NCBI GenBank assembly: GCA_051362555.1
Contig: CM120647.1
Span: forward strand, 4,712,001-4,776,000
Direction of reading: 5' to 3'
Length of the DNA stretch: 64,000 nt
From: Lingula anatina
Lineage: Eukaryota > Animalia > Brachiopoda
Position numbers and translations under genes: made by a program. The notes under the pieces are model-generated. The model was not told the DNA's origin. It saw nothing but the letters and a program-made list of their open reading frames with translations, and did not search any database. Positions 25,746-40,170 of this stretch are shown one piece after another (position 1 is the first letter of the stretch; each line of letters opens with the position of its first letter).

Positions 25746-27768
25746 GTGACGACAATTAATTAATCAATTACTTTATTTATAAATTATACAGTTCCTTCTG
25801 TCTAACTAATTTTTATAATTTCATGTGATAAAGACATTTTTTACTTAGGTGGGCCCGATAATTTTTGATCCTCCAGCCTACGTTCCGCTGGAAAGCGACA
25901 TGTTTTGGTCGTCATTTACGGAAGCTGGGTACCTGCAATCTAGGGCAATGCAAGCCATGAAATTAAAGTTTGCAAACGCTACACAGCTAACTAACGACGC
26001 TCTCACCCGTATTGATGCTCTGATTAGTGCAACTGAACAGAAGGCGTCTTGGGATTACGTCACCAAAGCTGTGAAGATACTGAAACTGCAACTACAGGCA
26101 GCTAGGGAAATCAGGTATGGTCAGAGGTTGGATGCCTTACGGTATACAATTTCATATTCATCGTTTCTTATTTCTGAATTACTCTCGTAAAAGAGATCGA
26201 TACTAGTAAACGTCAATCAAAAAAAGAAAAATGAAATAAATTCAGAATTAAGGGTTTGTATTTAGGGTTTGTAATTTTCTTAACAATTTTGGACATGGTG
26301 GGTCTTCATACTCTACCAAGTACACAGTTTTATATAAATAATTGAATGAGTTATGTGAATAATACAGGTGTACAAAAAAATGGACAAGTCTTCCAAATTC
26401 TATTCCAGTGGCGGTAAATCCCCAGAAGCTCTCAAACTGATGCAGGAAGCTACTGGCATCCAGGACACCATGGTTCTGCTGCCAAGTAGCCCCACTCTCC
26501 TGTTTATACCAACCTACGAATTCTACGGAGACATCATGCACGAATACGGCAACGAGCCAGCAACGGCCCTCTATGTCCAGTCTCAGGCCATGTACCCAAA
26601 CAGAGCTGGTTTGTATTTTAAAATCCTATAACATCGAAAACTGATCGTATGACATTATTTTGTAAGCAATTTCATGATTGATTTTAGGAAACAAATTTCC
26701 AATATTTAATAATGAATTTGATTTTAAAGGGATTGAACTTTTGCAGACATTCTATATGTATATAAAACATCGGGGCATCATAAAACTTGCACTTATAGCG
26801 TGATCTATTAGGTGGATCTAGTTATGATGTCATGGATTGTAGTCATTGCAGGGAATGGTTGCAACATTACCAGGAACTGTCTTACACGAAGCTCGCAGCG
26901 ACAGCTGATCTCGTGGTATTAATACTGACATATCATGCATGTAAATCTTGATATCAGTACATTTTCCCGACCTTGGCATTGTCTTTTCAGCCACGGTGCT
27001 CGGTTTGGCGAGATCCTACAGGAAGGAAAAGAAAGCATCCCAGGCTCAAGATCAATACAGAAAGTTACACGAAGAAATATGGGTGGACAGTGACACAGAG
27101 TTCGGCGCCAGGAGTGAAGTGAAAGAAAAAGCCATGGCCTCGAGTGACGAGATGTTGATTTGGATCATACTTGGTGCTAGTTTAGGCGGCCTATTCCTAC
27201 TTATCGTCATAGTTGTGGTTAGTAATGACGCGGTTTATGACGTCATATAGACCATACCCAGAGACTATCGTAGTACCTTTGGATCGATTCCCGCTTAATT
27301 GCTATCTAATTTAGCGGCTTAAATGTGTGTCACGCATAGTGAATCTGCTATGGGGGGATTAATGATCGTTTAGCAGCTTCATTAGGAGTGCCAGACTTCT
27401 CAACCGCTTAAGCTGAAAGCAATTTATCAAAAAAAAAAAAAAAACAAAAAAACTTGTAGATGGACCGATCCTGTTAGATCGATCTAAGGATGGTACCCAG
27501 TCATACATTGGTAGTTGGTGAATATAAGCTCATACTGAGTTTTTGTTGAAATACTACATTAGACATGGTAACGGAAGAAAAGACCTTAATATTTTTTGAT
27601 AGTTTTAAAAATTAACAGCACAAATATGTTCTCTTTTTTCAGTTGGCGGCCTACTGTGCAAATAAATCCAAGAGCAAATCTGAGAATCAACAACTGTCGA
27701 CACTGCAGCGACAACGGGATCAGGTTTATACAGTGGAGGGGCACGCTAATCCCGCATATACCAATTAA
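22779..27768 (+). CDS. single-pass membrane protein with TPR-like ectodomain resembling a bacterial TPR family; signal peptide, TM helix and NPxY tail
   Basis: Phase-compatible exons 22779-22905, 24142-24899, 25375-25512, 25849-26114, 26409-26608, 26991-27217, 27643-27768. N-terminal MWKFTLGLLTVVSLTAGVSC. Motifs LGNVNLDTS/AQDYFIFGLKLVISFWHDLAEESFRKAQQLDPAFAMAYWGEAL, HPAGLHFALHAFD, HGDHMPAHIYIRLGMW, HSLEYLQYYLLQ. TM IWIILGASLGGLFLLIVIVVLAAYC; ends HANPAYTN*. Confidence 0.85.
22880..23190 (+). repeat. degenerate tandem triplication (~130-bp unit) containing the exon-1 splice donor
   Basis: AATGTCAACCTTGACACCTCAACAGGTAAA at 22881 recurs near 23006 and, degenerate, near 23152; CACTCAGTTAT-GATAGA-TCGGAC also recurs. 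Confidence 0.8.
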
Positions 27769-27943
27769 CCTCTTTCTGAGTTGTTCCGCCGAAGACGCAT
27801 ATCTGTTTATTTGTAGAAAGTTAACTTCCTTTTGGGAGAAAAAAAACATGGGTTTTGAAGAAGTTGATAAAAACCGACTGAATTAAGCCATTATTGAAAA
27901 AAGGCGTTAAAGTAACTTTTAAAGATAAAAGTAACTTTTCCAG

Positions 27944-28025
<82 letters not shown>

Positions 28026-28871
28026 GTAATACTTGAAAAAGGTAGTTTTGAAAATCGGCCATGAGTTTTTTTAACGGTTCTGCATATTTTCTGGCATCGC
28101 TGCAATTATGCACTGACATCTCGTCTTGTTTATGACGCCATTGATTGCTGTCAGTGTAGTGGTAGTGACAATGCCTTCTTGGTATTTTATAGGTCATGTT
28201 TAGCTTATTATTAGGGATAATTCTACGCAGAGATTGTGTTGATGGATTATTTACAATTTACAACTAAAGTTTCGAAGCCGCCAAAGTTGAGCTTATGCAA
28301 GTTTAATGGTCGCTCTGGATGTACGTGTTTTAGTTGTGGAGAAATACGGGTTGAGAAATATGCGAGGTTCATGTTACTGTAAAGAACACTAGGAAAAGGT
28401 TAAATATGAGGACGTTTTAAGGCGTTCATTATATGACTTTGTATTCAAGTTCAGTTGTAACTATGAGCGTATTTCCGTCAGTTTTTTTGAGATATAAGGG
28501 TTGGGAAATTTGCAAAATTAATTATGTGATGAAAAGAGGTATAATTTCATATCCAAGGTCACATATTGTCTATATATACTGACAGTCAATGAAAACGCAT
28601 CAGAAAACTTTCTTGTATTTTTTTTTTTTTTTTTTTTTTTTGCCGAGAATCGATTCCAACCATATGAACGAGTTCAAATGCACTTGTTTGATCATAAGAG
28701 AGTGCATTTGTACTCGGAAGTTTAAATTTTCCGCTTCAGTGATTTTGTGATCAGCTGTTACAAAATAATGCGTTTTTCCTGTCTCGTGATTGGTGTGAAT
28801 TAATCAGGTTCAATATGTGGTGAATAATTAAGCCTATTTAAGGTAGTCACCAAATCCAGTATAACACATGA

Positions 28872-28905
<34 letters not shown>

Positions 28906-29507
28906 GTGATGCTACGCCTGGCACTGGGGATGCTGGAGGCTGGGTGGAACCAAATATATTTGATCACGTGACCTTGCATTTTAATGATCTTTTCTGACCT
29001 TTATTTCACCTTGTGTGACTGAATAATGGGTCATATTTCACACGAAAACTGTTATTTTCTTAATGTGCCAAAGGAACTGAAAATATTATTTGATAAATAT
29101 GTGATAGATTTTCATTGACTCTCAGTATATTTCTTCCTATTCAAGTTTATTAGTAACTATGGCTGCATCTCCGGTTTGGAAGAATATCACATTTTATTTT
29201 CAACAATGAGCATTTCGACGTCACCTACTCTCTGAAACAGCACAACTAAACCGCAACGGAAACAAAAAGGACCCTGCTGGCAGTGTTGTAATTGACAACC
29301 TCTACAAAATGCAACAAACAAGACATTTCTTGCTTTTACGGTTCCAGGATCAAAAAGTTTTTATTTATTGATTGATTATTATTATTTTGTAATTTCAAGA
29401 TCTAACAGCTGTATGATAGAAATGGGTGGTTGCAGTAGCCATTTAGAATATCTGCAAGATTCGCATCAGCTGTGAAAAAATACAGACCAGTCACAATGCC
29501 TTTTTTC

Positions 29508-29721
29508 TACGGAGCCCCGCAGGGGTCACTCAATTTTTTTTTTATTTTTTTTTTTATTTATTTTTTTTATCGTACGACTTACTCTCTCTAGCGCTCGACT
29601 TACTCTATCTCGAGCGCCTGACTTACTAACTCGGGTAAGTTAGTAAGTCGGGCGCTCGAGATAGTAAGTCGAGCGATCGAGATAAAAAAAAAAAAATGAG
29701 TGATCAATGGGGACCTCCGTA
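29508..29721. mobile_element. palindromic MITE (TACGGAG...CTCCGTA) with internal GACTTACT repeats
   Basis: Inverted arms CGACTTACT..CTCGAGCGC / GCGCTCGAG..AGTAAGTCG. Confidence 0.75.
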
Positions 29722-32177
29722 TTTTTCAACAAAAAATCGATACAGATTTTATTTTATATATCAAACATCCATATGCACTGCAATAATTTACCCAAAGAAA
29801 CACAGGTTTTGTTGCACTGGGATCGCAGAGACTGAATAGGAATCAGTGTTCCCGGACACGAAGTTCGGTATCCCGTACGATAAGGTGGAGAACAGTTGGT
29901 ACTAACAGGTTGCGTTAAGGGCAATTACCTGAACAAACTACACGTATTTAAGGGAACGGACTACGAATCCCAAAATTGGACCCGAACATTTCTGTCACAA
30001 TATGATCATGTTAAATATGCCAACACTTAAAATCCCACCCATTTTATTTACTTTTTCGATGTGTTTTCAATGTGTTGATCATAATACTACATACTTCGAT
30101 ATAAATGTTCAGCTTAAATATTATACTGCCACAGGTATTGTTCAAAACCATTCCCCGTTGAAAATAATTCTACCGCATTTTTGCTATTAAGCAGACATAT
30201 AATGAAATGTTTTAAATCAGTCATCAAGACAAACACATCAAAATACCGGTAGAATGGATTGTGTTTTATTGTCATTTGTCGTCTGCTTCTTGCAAAATGA
30301 AGCAGGTTTCCAGCAAGAGGCAGAGAAAACCCAATTCGAGTCAAGAAGAAATTCAAGTGCTTATTTAGCTTTGTAAAATCATAATGACATCATAAGGAAC
30401 AAGCACACTTCTACCTTGAATAACTAGGCAAAGGTGGAAGTATGGGAATTCATTTCAAATTCATTTCAACATAAATACCATCAGTGACAGTCTCCATTAG
30501 AAGTTCCGCAGAATGTCGTAATAAATGGAGACACATGGTATCCTATGTGAAAAAAGTCTCATAACCAATTGAAGAACCACGGAAACTGCACTGGAAGTGG
30601 ACAACCACCTGCAGAGCTTTCTCCAACTAAGAACAGAATTGCAAATATGTATGCGAGAACTCCAGTCTTTGACGGCTTGAAAGGTGGATTGGAGATTGGT
30701 GTTTAGATTTATTTTCTTTTTCAAAAAAAAAACATATATTCATAATGTACCAGAAAATAATGAAATATTGTAAATATACATACATAAACTCTCCCTCTTA
30801 CCATTTCATGCTCTTGTGTGTAAAGCTCCACAAAATCACAAGCCTTAACATTTTACATTTTACATACCTTGGGCACTAAAACTAATGAGCAATCCAGTCT
30901 CATGGAATCCAGTCTAATGAATTCTAATCACATCATATCCGCAAAGAACGCAGACAATAAGCAGCTGTGGCGATCAAGCTTTATTAAACAAACAACACCT
31001 TGGAATGAATCACATCACGTTTCTTCCCACTTTTCTGCGAACTGTAATCCTTCTACATATCATCCACAACTGTTGTATCTTACATAAACCCCAAAGTAAA
31101 CTCTGCATGTCTTACGAACTTGAAGAACGGCATCAATCGACAGCAGAAATACTGAACACGAACGCGCACTTAAATTTTGATCACGTGCTTTCATTCGACA
31201 CAATCGATAAGAAAATACCGTGTAGCTATTTAGTCCCCGGTCACTTTAATAGCACACGCACGTGCGAACGTGCGTGTGCCCCCGACAGTGTTCATGATAG
31301 GGGGATTACGATAGACAGCGCAAGTCGCTCACAGCGGGAGTCACTATCGCCGCTGTTAGGCCGGTAATTAAGTCTTTAACTTGACTAAACATGTTTTGCT
31401 TTGTAACTTGCGTCCTTCAGTCTTGCTGTTGCGGAAGCGCCGGCGGGACATATCTCCACCTTGCCGATATTTATCCCGACTCGCGACTTGAAAAGTATTA
31501 TATATTATATATATTTTCATACGTTAAGAGAATTATAGAAACTGTAGAAAAAGCTACTCGTACATCAGGGATAGAAAACAAGACATTGCAGCACTATAAT
31601 ATATTATTCATCACCAGAAGTTCCTGTTTCACTTTTTTCTCCCAAATTACAAAGTCTGATGACAACTGAAAGGTTTTAGCCATACCTCAGGGCAGTGAGA
31701 GATAGTCTGAATTTGATTAAAAGTAATAAAAATATATTTTGAAGAATTTTCCTAGCCTTCGGCAATTTCCGCAAAGCTTCGGCATGCCCGGCAATACAGA
31801 TCTCTCGATATCGGTGTGAAAGTATAATAGAATTGGTGGAATAACGGTTAACGTCGTTGCAAGCGATATAACCTGCCCGACGGGCATCTTTTAATATTAA
31901 AACAGTTGTGGCTAATTGTTTTTGCAACGAAAAGCAGAGTAGGGAGGTTTGTTGTAATTGTTAAAGTTATTATGACTGGGGACATAAATTAGTATGCTTA
32001 TCGCTTATCATGGTATAATGATTGATACGATGGGTATCAGATAGTTTTCATTTGATATAAACGACGAAAGAGCGGCCTTCCAAAGATCTTTGCTGAATGT
32101 TTATAACGTAGGTACTATTATGCGCATACATATTGATACATGACGCAAACGACATTTACTAATTTCGGTAATATCAA

Positions 32178-32295
32178 TTTTAATTAAAATTAAAATCAAA
32201 TTTAATTGAAATTAAATTAAATTTAATTGAAATTAAATTAAATTTAATTGAAATTAAATTAAATTTAAATGAAATTAAAATTAAAATTAAAATTT
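32178..32295. repeat. AT-only ~21-bp minisatellite
   Basis: AATTTAATTGAAATTAAATTA repeated about 4-5 times. Confidence 0.8.
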
Positions 32296-33952
32296 GTCTA
32301 AACCTGCATATTACCATACACCTTGTTAAAGGGTTCTCAACACTTTACATCCTAATACAGCTTGTCAATTTTCATGTTTGCTAGTTTATTTTGATTTGAA
32401 AAAAATGAGAGAAGACCGACCCTCTACTAGGACCGCAAATTATATATGAGTATTTTTCTTCAGTGCAAGAGACTGCGTAATGAAAAATCAATCTGCAATT
32501 CTGGTATAGGGTGGCCTTATGTGTGTAATAATATACAAGTAGGGGCAGGGGTACAATTTTATAGTACAATAAGTCATTTATACATCTATTGATCTCATCG
32601 TCGGGTCATTGTTTACAATAGCGCTTTGTCGCTGTGCGTACCTTTTTGCATTTGAGTTAGACTCAGTCAGTAACAGCTGGTGATTTTATCTTTTTTTTTT
32701 TTTTTTTTGCGTTTCATTGACATTATTTTGGCCACCTAAGTAGGGAAATGTGGCTCTTTGTTTTGAAATGACATTTCCATTGTTCCTTTGAACACGCAAA
32801 AGTCTTCACCAGGAAGCAGATAACAATTAACGTCAACATTCTTACTTTGTAATAACCACCCAGGGAAAAAAACAAAAGCCCCATTAGGTGTCGTCCTTCA
32901 CACTGTAAAAGGTGTTAATTTCATGCTTCTATTGTTTGCCCATGAATCATTATGACGAAATTGTAGGGTTGCCAGATCACTCGCGCTTCATTCAATTCTC
33001 TTTATCTGCCCTGCAGCCTGGGATGAGTGATGCTTGACTGACCTTTGTTTACATCTGGAGATTTTCTTTATAATTTGATCAATGTGCATATTATAATATA
33101 TTTTCCATCTGGAAAAAAACGTGATAATGTAACGATTCTTATTTTACGGATAGATAATTACAAAAATTAATTTCTGATATAATACCCCCTATTTCAGCGC
33201 CTATTCCTGGCTGCGTTAATTATGGGGGGTTGGAAAGTAATCCGTTCGGACGCGGATGTGATGATTGCTACTCTTACCAACGGTACTTCACCGATCAACT
33301 ACACTCAGCCACCTGAAGTAGAATCACCAACAAAAGGACAAATTGGACTACATCTGCCCTCTTGATGAAACATCTTATGTAAAAAAGGCGATGACGGTCA
33401 AAACATACGTTCCTCGTGGTGTATTAAATGTTCATCGTATTTTTTCGTTCATTATTCTTATGAGTTAAGCAGCTTCACCTCCGTGACACCCTTTTTATTT
33501 ATTTAAACCATTGTTAGATAAACCAAGGGTTTCACTCCAGATTTCACGATCGAGCAAGTGATCATAAGGAGAGTGTAGCATGCTATAGTAAACTACCCCC
33601 AATATACCCAACACCTCCAGGGTTTCACGAGAGAGGAGAGGAAAGAGTGTATCAGAGAACTTCATTAATGGTCGTCATAATTGGTGGTTGCCTTGGGAAA
33701 ATGAGTTACGTGATGACATAATACAGATACGTGATAACATAAGATTAATACTAAACTTTTCCCTGATACAAAATCCCCTATTTCAGCGCTTCTTCCTGAC
33801 TGCGTTAATTACGGGGGATTAGAAAGTAATCTGTGAGGACGCAGGAGGGATGATTGCTACTCTTACCAACGGTAAATCACCGATTTACTTGACTCCGCTA
33901 CTTCGAGCAAAATCACCACGAAAAGACAAATTAGACTACGTTCGCCCTCTTA

Positions 33953-35062
33953 GGCCACACTTTTTTATTTTTATGGATGACATCCTCTGGGGACCCCAAA
34001 GTCGGTGCGAGCGGGAGAAAAAAAAAAAAAAAAAAACAGTCCAAAAAAAAAAAAAAAAAAAAAACTGCTTAAGAAAAGTTATGTTTTCAGTACACAGCTG
34101 GAAACACTAATTTACCACAGGAACACGTATCAAACTAACAACATGTCTTTATCCATGCTCTCAAAATATTAAAGCATTGTGAATAGGGCCTACTTCGTAG
34201 AAAGGTAAAAAGTCATGAATATATATGCTGCATATTACCAAATCTATTTAAGGTTATTTCATGCATTCTGTTGGTATAGAAACCAATAAAACAAATATCA
34301 AATAAATAGCGTGTCTTTATTTGTACTCTCAGAAAATTAAAGCATTGTAAACACTTCACAGAATTGTTAAAAAAATTAAGCAAAGATAGGCCTATGCTTC
34401 CTACTACTAAGGTAATTTCGGTCGATGCCATTTTGTCTACTTCGACTCACACGCTAGCAGCCAACTATCGGGTGGCCTGTCCGACCTTCAGTCCACCAAA
34501 TACCGCGACGCTCTTGTCGACCCTTTTTTCGCTCCAAAAAGAAACTGGTATGTGCTGCTTTGGACAGAATGTCACTGAAATTTTCCGGGCGACGATTGCT
34601 GGCCGCGGCCAGCCTTTCGTAAAATTGTAAAAGGGTGATATCTCCATGTCCAATATCAATGGCAAACCAATCCAAAACGACGGCCCCCGTTCTCTTTATG
34701 ACTTTAATTGTCGTGTATTTTGAAATTAATGCTAGAGATGAAGTTGACGGCAAAACGGCCATATTTCCATGTGGTGATAATACGCATGCGCAGAAAGCTC
34801 ATTTTCCACACTCGGAACTACTCGGATGTCTCCGCAGTCGACAATGACAGTATGGAGCTTGCGGAATTAGCAGAGAATTGCCGATTGCATTTTCCGGCAA
34901 ATTCAATAACGATGTTTGCGACAACCGACTTCCTTTGGGGGGGGGGGGGGGGGGGGGGGGCGGTTTGGGGGGGGGGGGATTTTTTTTTTTTTTTTTTTTG
35001 GAGAACGGACGAAAATCGGTGCGCGCGCAGGATGTCATCCATAAAATTAAAAAAGTGTGGCC
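33953..35062. mobile_element. ~1.1-kb non-autonomous DNA transposon, PIF/Harbinger-like (TTA TSD)
   Basis: TIR GGCCACACTTTTTTATTTTTATGGATGACATCCT pairs with AGGATGTCATCCATAAAATTAAAAAAGTGTGGCC; TTA on both flanks; no transposase ORF. Confidence 0.75.
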
Positions 35063-36268
35063 TTATTAAAAAAAAAAAAAAAGGAAAAATTTGATGTCGG
35101 TCAAAGAAGAGGCCTAGGCTACGTGCTTCATGGTTTATTAGATAGGCCTATTCATCGGATTTTAGTTCATTATTATAGCTTCACCTCGCGAGACCCCTTT
35201 TATATATATTTAAAACACAGCACCCCACGGGTTTCGCGATCATGAAGAAAGGGAGTGTAGCAAAGAACCTCATTAATGGTCGTAATAATTGGTGGTTGCA
35301 TTGCAGGCCTAACCTTGTTCATTTTAGTCGACAGACTAAGCTAGAAGAAAGAACAGATCATTATCGCCTCTCTTTACTTAGGAACAATAACTGGCTAGTG
35401 GCAGCATTTATAAGTTCTTTTATTTAGAAAATTCCGATCCTTTGTCTGGGACTGCCGTTCCACGCCGTTTAAATGACGTTCGAGAAACGGCGATAACGAC
35501 AGAGACGTCCTCGGACAATTTTGGACTCAGTGAAAAAAAAAACCGTTAAGAAGTAGCCTTTTTATGTCCTGGCAAATAACTTTGCGATGGCTCAGAGAGT
35601 TCTAGAATGAATGACAAGAAACGACATTAGGGTTAATAATAGACTAAAACTATCAGAGTGTAGGCCTGTCTTACTTCATTTCTAAGACCATCTTGTGATA
35701 CGAGTCATGCTACACTACAATAGAGGGGGTAGCAGTGGATGATTTAGTACAGGGATACCATCGAAAGTTTATCAATAGAAAATCGCGATTCCCAAATGTT
35801 TTTTTAATTCATTAAATATAAACGTTTTTTTATCGTGCAATGGGTCTGGTATAGTTGTATTGGCCTATCAGTTGGAAACACGTGGTTCGTCTACAATTGC
35901 AAATGGCGGAGGTGCCGTGGAAGTTATTGTCGTAAAATTAGCTGGATATGTGCACGTGAGAAAATTATTCATTTAATTTAGTTTTCAAGCGTCAGCTTAA
36001 TCTGGTAAAATGCCAGACGAAAAAAATCATAGATAGAGCCTTATGGCCCACTGTAGAAGGATGCCAAAAAATACATCAACGACGAAGTTTATCGGCAGAT
36101 AAACGTGTTTCCATTCTCGGCTGACTGAGGAAAGGTTTGAGAGAGCATTTAAAGAAGAGGCGGGCGAACCAATTGTGAGTAGGAAGTGTGCTGCAATCAA
36201 GACGAACAATACCGATCATAAGTGGACAACTAATAACCCCTAATTAAGCCCGGGTTACGCACTGCTGT

Positions 36269-36422
36269 GTTGACTCCTTGCTGGGGAGCGGTAGCGGCCT
36301 CCTACTGCTGTTAGTAATCACGCATTGTCTTCTAACTTGCGGCTTAGTTGACTCCTTGCTGGGAAGGGGTAGCGGCCTCATACTGCTGTGCGTAGTCACA
36401 CATAGTCTTCTAACATGCGGCT
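36269..36422. repeat. two-copy ~78-bp tandem duplication
   Basis: GTTGACTCCTTGCTGGG..G.GGTAGCGGCCTC.TACTGCTGT...GTCTTCTAAC.TGCGGCT occurs twice. Confidence 0.85.
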
Positions 36423-39244
36423 ACACGTCGGTTGCATTGTATTAATAAAGTAATACCTATTCATAAGGAAGGGTGCGGATGGTAACCTGACGAGTATTAA
36501 ATCAGTTATCGATTAAACGCGTACCAGTAGTCGTGTTTTTTAATAGCTACACGGTATATGCTGCTCAACTAAGGCAATCAGCCCATTACACATCAATAAA
36601 ACAGCCTTACCTAAAGCTAATAAATTGTAAATGCGCAATAATATTTCTATTAAATATGTGACATGTTTACAGAGCAACGTAAAACTTAGCTTGCAAATAT
36701 TAAATATACCTTGGAGTCATTTTACTAGCTCTGAGGAACAGCGGCCATGTTAGGCTTCCGTCAGTCAAATAGAACTGCTCCGCAGTGAATTTGCAGTTGA
36801 ATGTCATCAGAGCAAAATGAAACATAAAATAAATTTAATTCTGCTTTATTTAATTTTATTTGCTGTATTTAAGATGTAAAGTTAAAAATAAATAATATTC
36901 TTCGAAAATAAAAGATATATCCAATGTTTTTGTATTTTTTGCTTATCAAAGAACATTCAGTCCTGAGATATACACGTGCACAATACAAGTGCTTGCCGTG
37001 TGCCAAATTTGACAGCTACACTGTATGCCCGATACCACTATAAGGGTAACGCAATGGCTACACGAAAATCAGTTTTTACAGCAGAATGTTGCTTGTATTG
37101 TGGCACTGACCTTCGACTGCAAGATATTTTCAATTCAAACTTCTAACTCCGCGTCAGGCACTTTAATTGCTTCTTAATTGTCTCGTCTGCACGAGATAAC
37201 TTCAGCGCAAGGCGGGAAAGGCAGCTCCAGGCGGCTAAACCTGTGACGTACGAGACTTATGACTTCCAAATATGGATCCAGGCGGACACAGCTGTGACGT
37301 GTGACTTCCAAATATGGAAGCGCCCCAGGCAGAATTTTGAAGAAGAACGCCCCCGAGTTGCCGCTGTTCGCTAGAGCCTGGTATTGCTGATATGCGTAAT
37401 ATATGAAATCAAGATCGAGCTGGCAATACCGGAATCTAGAACCTACGGTAGGCATGTTTTGATTTTCAAATTTAATTATGTTCTGTCCAAAGACATAAAA
37501 AATGGAAGAACACGAGAACATAATGTAAGCTTGTTTAGTGCTGTATGCGCTGCTACTGTTCTCTGCATTTCTCAAGAACCCATACGCATTCATAAAATAA
37601 CTCATTTATTATTTTTCAGAGCTTCATATTCCTAACTCTACGGGTAGATAGTAAAAAAAACGATGTGAAAAATAGAATTTTTTTAATCCCCAAAGCCTTA
37701 TGTGCCTAATTTTAAAGACCCAAGGGTAGATAACAATGTCAAATTAGAATCCACCGCCCAAGACAATACCCCACGTAAAATCATATATAGGAATCTAAGA
37801 CGTATACGTACTTTCATTTGGTAATGTTCTGTCTTTGCTCTGGTAAAAAGGTTTTTTCTTTGGGAACCTTTAAGTTTTTTTTTTAATTGCTGCCACCAAT
37901 ACGACTTACTTCAGTTTTAAAACCGCACAGCACTTAAATGTTTTTTTTTCTTTCATTTTCTAAGAACGTTTTCCTTTCCAATCACATCTGTCTATATCTG
38001 GAACCAGCTACTTTACTCTCTGCTGCTGTTTATTGCCTTGAGTCTAAAATACACACACTACTCTGCTGTACTGCTACACTGCTTTCTGGCTAGTTTCTAT
38101 ACTCTATACTGGCAAACAAAGCGCAGAGCAGCTGTATTTACTGTATTTACCCCTTAATCGGTTCACCGCACAGTTGATTAGTATGCAGGCGGGGAAAAGT
38201 GGGCGAACTTTGAACGGTTGACCAATAACCCCTCCACTGCATGCCCCTGTTTAGGAAACTGATGCCGCTTACAAGCCATTCCAACTTAAAGTTCAAAGAC
38301 AAAACAACACTTGTTGAATGTGAAAAGGGCTATATATAGCTTAGTACGTGCAATGACTTTTGCCCTTAAACTAAAACTATGTGAAATCGTTACAATATTA
38401 CATTTCACACCCAGATCAACTGCATTTGGCTTCAAACTAGTATTCAATTACATCCTGATTACATGGAGTTATTGCAATTGTCCATCATGAGGCGCTAACT
38501 TTTGTTTGAATATACCAATCACTAAATATTCCATTAACAATTTTACTGATAAAGTCAAGCATGAAAATAAGTTAAATCTTAAAGTAACGGGAGAGACGAG
38601 GAGAAATCGGTCATGATAGAAGCTTCGAGTTGACCATGCTTGCACCATGTGACATTTAGTTTAGCAAAATGTAAATTATGTGGAAGTTAGAAACATTATG
38701 AGTCCTATCATTTTATATTTTCAAGTTAAGGATAAGCAAAATGAAATATAGCACATGTTTTTGAAAAAAATATAAATTTATTATGATATTAACTTATTAT
38801 TTCTGCTGTTATACTGAAATTTCAATCTATCCAGTCATATTATAATCTTGAATTCTAATTTGGCTTGGGTCGATGTAAAACCTGGCTGTATTTTGAACAA
38901 TCTGAACAATCAATGTTATTTATGAACCAGACAACCAAGGCGTCGAACGTGTGACCTAGCACGTGATATGATCTGTTTACAGTCAGCTGGTTGAGCACGG
39001 AACGTCGATATAGAGAAAGTTGCTTTTTTTTAACTAGATCACAATCTATAAGCGACGTAAAGTAAGTCAAATAAGCCGCAAGTCTTGAAAAATCTTAGAG
39101 ATTGTTTTTTTTTTTTTTTTTTCATCTTTTAGAGTTGGTCATCTCTGCTAAAATCATCAACTTTTTTAGTTTTGATGTGACATATGGTGAGAAAGGAAAC
39201 ATTTATTCCTGTGAAGAATTAGCAAGAGAATGCATATTTACTAA

Positions 39245-40170
39245 TACCCCCTTTACACTGGACGGCGTCCTTTCTGCGTCCTTACTGCGACCATGAAATC
39301 TGGCATCGCTGTGGTCTAAATAAGGAGGCACGAGCATTGATTCTGTTTCAGAATGAATGCTCAATGATCGGTCAGTTGTCGGCATGTAAAGTATGAATAT
39401 TTTTCACGGTACAGCGTATAGTGAAAAATGATTGTCTTTGCGTTACGTCACAAGCATGTGACAGTGCTGAGTAGTAGTCACAGGTGTGACTATTAGGTGT
39501 ACTTTGCAGTAGCACTTCAGTTCTAGCCCGACAGCTTAGCAGTTAGGACACACTAAAAAATTTATTTTATAAATATTTATTTGGGTTTGTGAATTCAGAG
39601 TGAGGTCTGTCACTCTAGATCTCTGAATATCATGCATCTATATTTTATAGGGCGATGATTCGCATAAGTTAGCATCGCAGCTACAGACACAGTTTTCCAT
39701 AGTGACTTTACTGTTTCGCATGCACAGTTTTATCTATGGTTTTTACTGAGCGGCATGTTATTCTTAAGGAGATCTGTTTTACGCACAGTTTTTCGGAAAT
39801 GTATAATAATAGTAATGATAGCGGAGTTCAAAGTTAATTTATCGGTAGAAGATTAAGTACATTCAATATGTCATTATTTGAGTTTGATACTCAAATGGTA
39901 AATTTAAAAAAAAAAAAAAAAAAAAAAATTCTATTAGTAAAACAAAGCACAAATATATATTACACACAACGTATTGTATTATTTGTTAATGAATTCCAAT
40001 TGAAAGAAATAAAACCGACTCCCTTCTCTTATCGGCCGGGCTAGTCGGCAAATAAGTATTTGCCTTTGTTTTGTGTATGCTATATAGAATAGTAAAGACT
40101 TATAATTTAACTCTCAAATGGGGCCGTACTGCTGGATGCAGAAAGGACGCCGTCCAGTGTGAAGGGGGCT
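39245..40170. mobile_element. CCCCCTTTACACTGG MITE split by a ~0.7-kb insertion
   Basis: Left half 39245-~39400 and right half ~40100-40170 together match the intact copy at 8846-9060 (reverse orientation). Confidence 0.7.

Noticed and set aside
34364-35094. Cluster of overlapping ORFs
   Set aside because: They lie inside a non-autonomous TIR element, span G/T homopolymers and show no recognisable domain.
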